This document shows, one piece after another, positions 61,993 to 64,000 of a stretch of DNA of 64,000 nucleotides. This DNA is from Podarcis bocagei. Its lineage: Eukaryota. The position numbers and the translations under genes are program-made. Each line of letters opens with the position of its first letter. Within the stretch, counting starts at the first letter, position 1. The stretch lies in NCBI GenBank assembly GCA_964188305.1, contig OZ076902.1; one strand, given 5' to 3'. Under the pieces are notes generated by a model. The model saw only the letters and a program-made list of their open reading frames with translations. It was not told the origin of the DNA and searched no databases.

Positions 61993-64000
61993 CCGGGCCT
62001 GGCGCGCGTGAGCGCCACCCCACCCCGACCGCCAGGGCCGCATAGATACATACATATACATGCATAGATCTAGAAAAGTAAAGAGGGAGCATCCGGTGGC
62101 CTGATGGCAAGCGGTGGATGCTTTGCTTTGCTGTCTTTTACACCTCTCCTCCTCATTCTGATGTACACGTTTCTTCACACACACACACTTAATCCTCACA
62201 ACCCTGAGAGGTAGGGCAGGACCGGCCCAAGGTGAGCTTCATCGCTAATGAGTGGGGATTTTTGAACCCCTGTCTTTCCCAAGGTCTGAGTCTGACAGGA
62301 ACCACTGTCTGCACCAGCACTGGCTCTCAATGCCGAAGGTCCCTGGTTCGATCCCCAGCAGCACCTCCAGGTAGGGTTACAAGAGCCTGTAACTCTGAGG
62401 TGCCACCTTACGCAAGATTTTCAGTTTTAATTTTGGCAGAAATGATTGGCAGAAAAGCAAAAAGCTTTTGCTCGCTGTCCATAGTTAATGTTACTGAATA
62501 TTTTTGATGATACCAATATTACCAAAAGAACTGGCCTTGTAAATTCCCTTCAAAGCTCAGATAATACTTGCAACTCAGTGGGAAGCAAGCAACCCAAAAT
62601 CTAACCGTTGGACGCTTGGCACCACTCACTCTGGAATGTAGCTATAATGGAGAAAATTATGCATAATTTTAGATTTGACAAGAACATCCAAATGCTTTTA
62701 TATAATTTGGCCTTCCTTTACTATATATGCAATGGAGACATCATTTTCAAGACAACACTCATCACAAACCTGGCAAATCTTGATAATCAGATTACACTAA
62801 CTTTTATTTACTTATTTATTTTTATGTGAAGACATTTATTCTAACTTTTTTCTTCTATGGCTTGGATTTTGTTACTTGACCCATGTGTAACTGTGCTCAC
62901 CCTATGTGCCTTTTTATAGTTTTGTTTTTCGCCTTTCAATATTATAATTGCTCTCTCTGTTTTAAAAATATTTACAAACAAAAAGAGCCATCTTACCAAT
63001 CAGTGCTCCCCTGCTTCCATTTTATCTTCACAACAAGCCTGTGAGGTTGTCCAGGCTGACTGCTAGGAGTCACTCAGTGACCTTTGTGGGCAAAGAGGGA
63101 TTTCAGTCATCTTTTTAATTTACGTAGCTTGCCTGGTTCAACTAACTTACCACATTACGAGTGGTTGCAGTTGCTCTTAGTCTCGGCCTGGCTCCAACCT
63201 ACAATGTGGAGATAACAACACTGCAAGGCTGTTGTGTAAACGTCATTTCTCGGCTTGACCCCCTAGCCAGCAATATTAACCATGGAGATTGTAGCTCGTC
63301 AGTAATAAGCTGCTCTATCTATCAGTCCTCCCCTGCAATATAGCGATAATGAACTGAATTTTTTAATTGGCAGGGGAATTTTTAGCAGGTCATTTTTGAA
63401 AATAATAATAAATGGGTTCCTCCCCCGAGGAGATTTAAAAATGTTTTTCTTTCAAACTAAACTTGGAAGTCCTGAATCCAAGGAAAAGACTGGGTTTCTC
63501 TTCTATTTTTCTAATCTCTCTACAGCATCTCGAGGGCAAGACTCCAGCAGGGGGCCTCTGTGTGACGACAGTCCCCCGGTGACTGGCAAAGGAAAGGGCA
63601 GCTTCTGCTTCGTCTCGCGATATCAGCTTACATCGACGCGAGAGCTCATACACCAGTCGCTAAGCGCGTTTCCTTACCCATGAGATTTGCCAGGACTATA
63701 CTAAGGGCAAGATGGCTGCTCTTCCAGCTTCAAACTGCATTCAAATAAACTTTATTGACAACATAATCGGTTGCCAAGCAAACGTGGTCAGATTGGGAAG
63801 GAAGGAAATCAGCGTTTTAAATATTGTTATTATTATTATGCGTGTATGGGGTGTTAGGGGAGGGGTACACTGGCGGGGGCCATGTTGTATTCCTTCTGGG
63901 GTAGTTTTTGTCCACCTTTGGTCCCCACCCTGCACTCAGCTCCTAAAAGCTGTCAGCATGCGACAGCAGCCACACCCCAGGAATGGCTTCGACTGGCCGG

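Larger units (their letters stand above)
61200..62050 (-). promoter_or_regulatory. CpG island / SMG5 promoter and 5'UTR
   Basis: Very high GC and CpG density spanning exon 1; GC-box-like motifs; perfect TCTCGCGAGA palindrome at 61983-61992. Confidence 0.9.

Noticed and set aside
61443-62110. Several 140-200 aa ORFs on both strands over the CpG island
   Set aside because: Low-complexity Ala/Pro/Arg/Gly frames are expected in stop-poor GC-rich DNA. The in-frame ATG at 62051 lies upstream of the promoter motifs and is probably not transcribed.
63712-64000. ATG-initiated frame open to the end of the window
   Set aside because: It runs through an (ATT)n tract into what looks like an interspersed repeat, with no similarity to TMEM79 or any protein I recognise

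Overview
Vertebrate genomic DNA, most likely a squamate lizard (Sauria SINEs, CORE-type SINEs, CR1/L2 fragments, hAT and Tc1/mariner MITEs; Lacertidae is a guess). Two complete minus-strand genes were reconstructed exon by exon, in the same tandem order as on human 1q22. SMG5 (NMD factor) has 22 coding exons at 61562->33349, giving a 3177-nt CDS and 1058 aa. PAQR6 (membrane progestin receptor delta) has 7 coding exons at 16458->9247, giving a 1026-nt CDS and 341 aa. There is a CpG-island promoter at about 61.2-62.05 kb and a 130-N gap at 12244-12373. I see no new gene family. The most interesting signals are possible NMD-feedback features in SMG5: a candidate 21-nt stop-containing poison microexon in intron 8, a strong-context 66-codon uORF and an approximately 4.5-kb 3'UTR. 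Also notable are a GC-AG intron and a nested MITE-spacer-MITE unit resembling a composite transposon. Human comparisons and repeat family names are from memory, not from searches.
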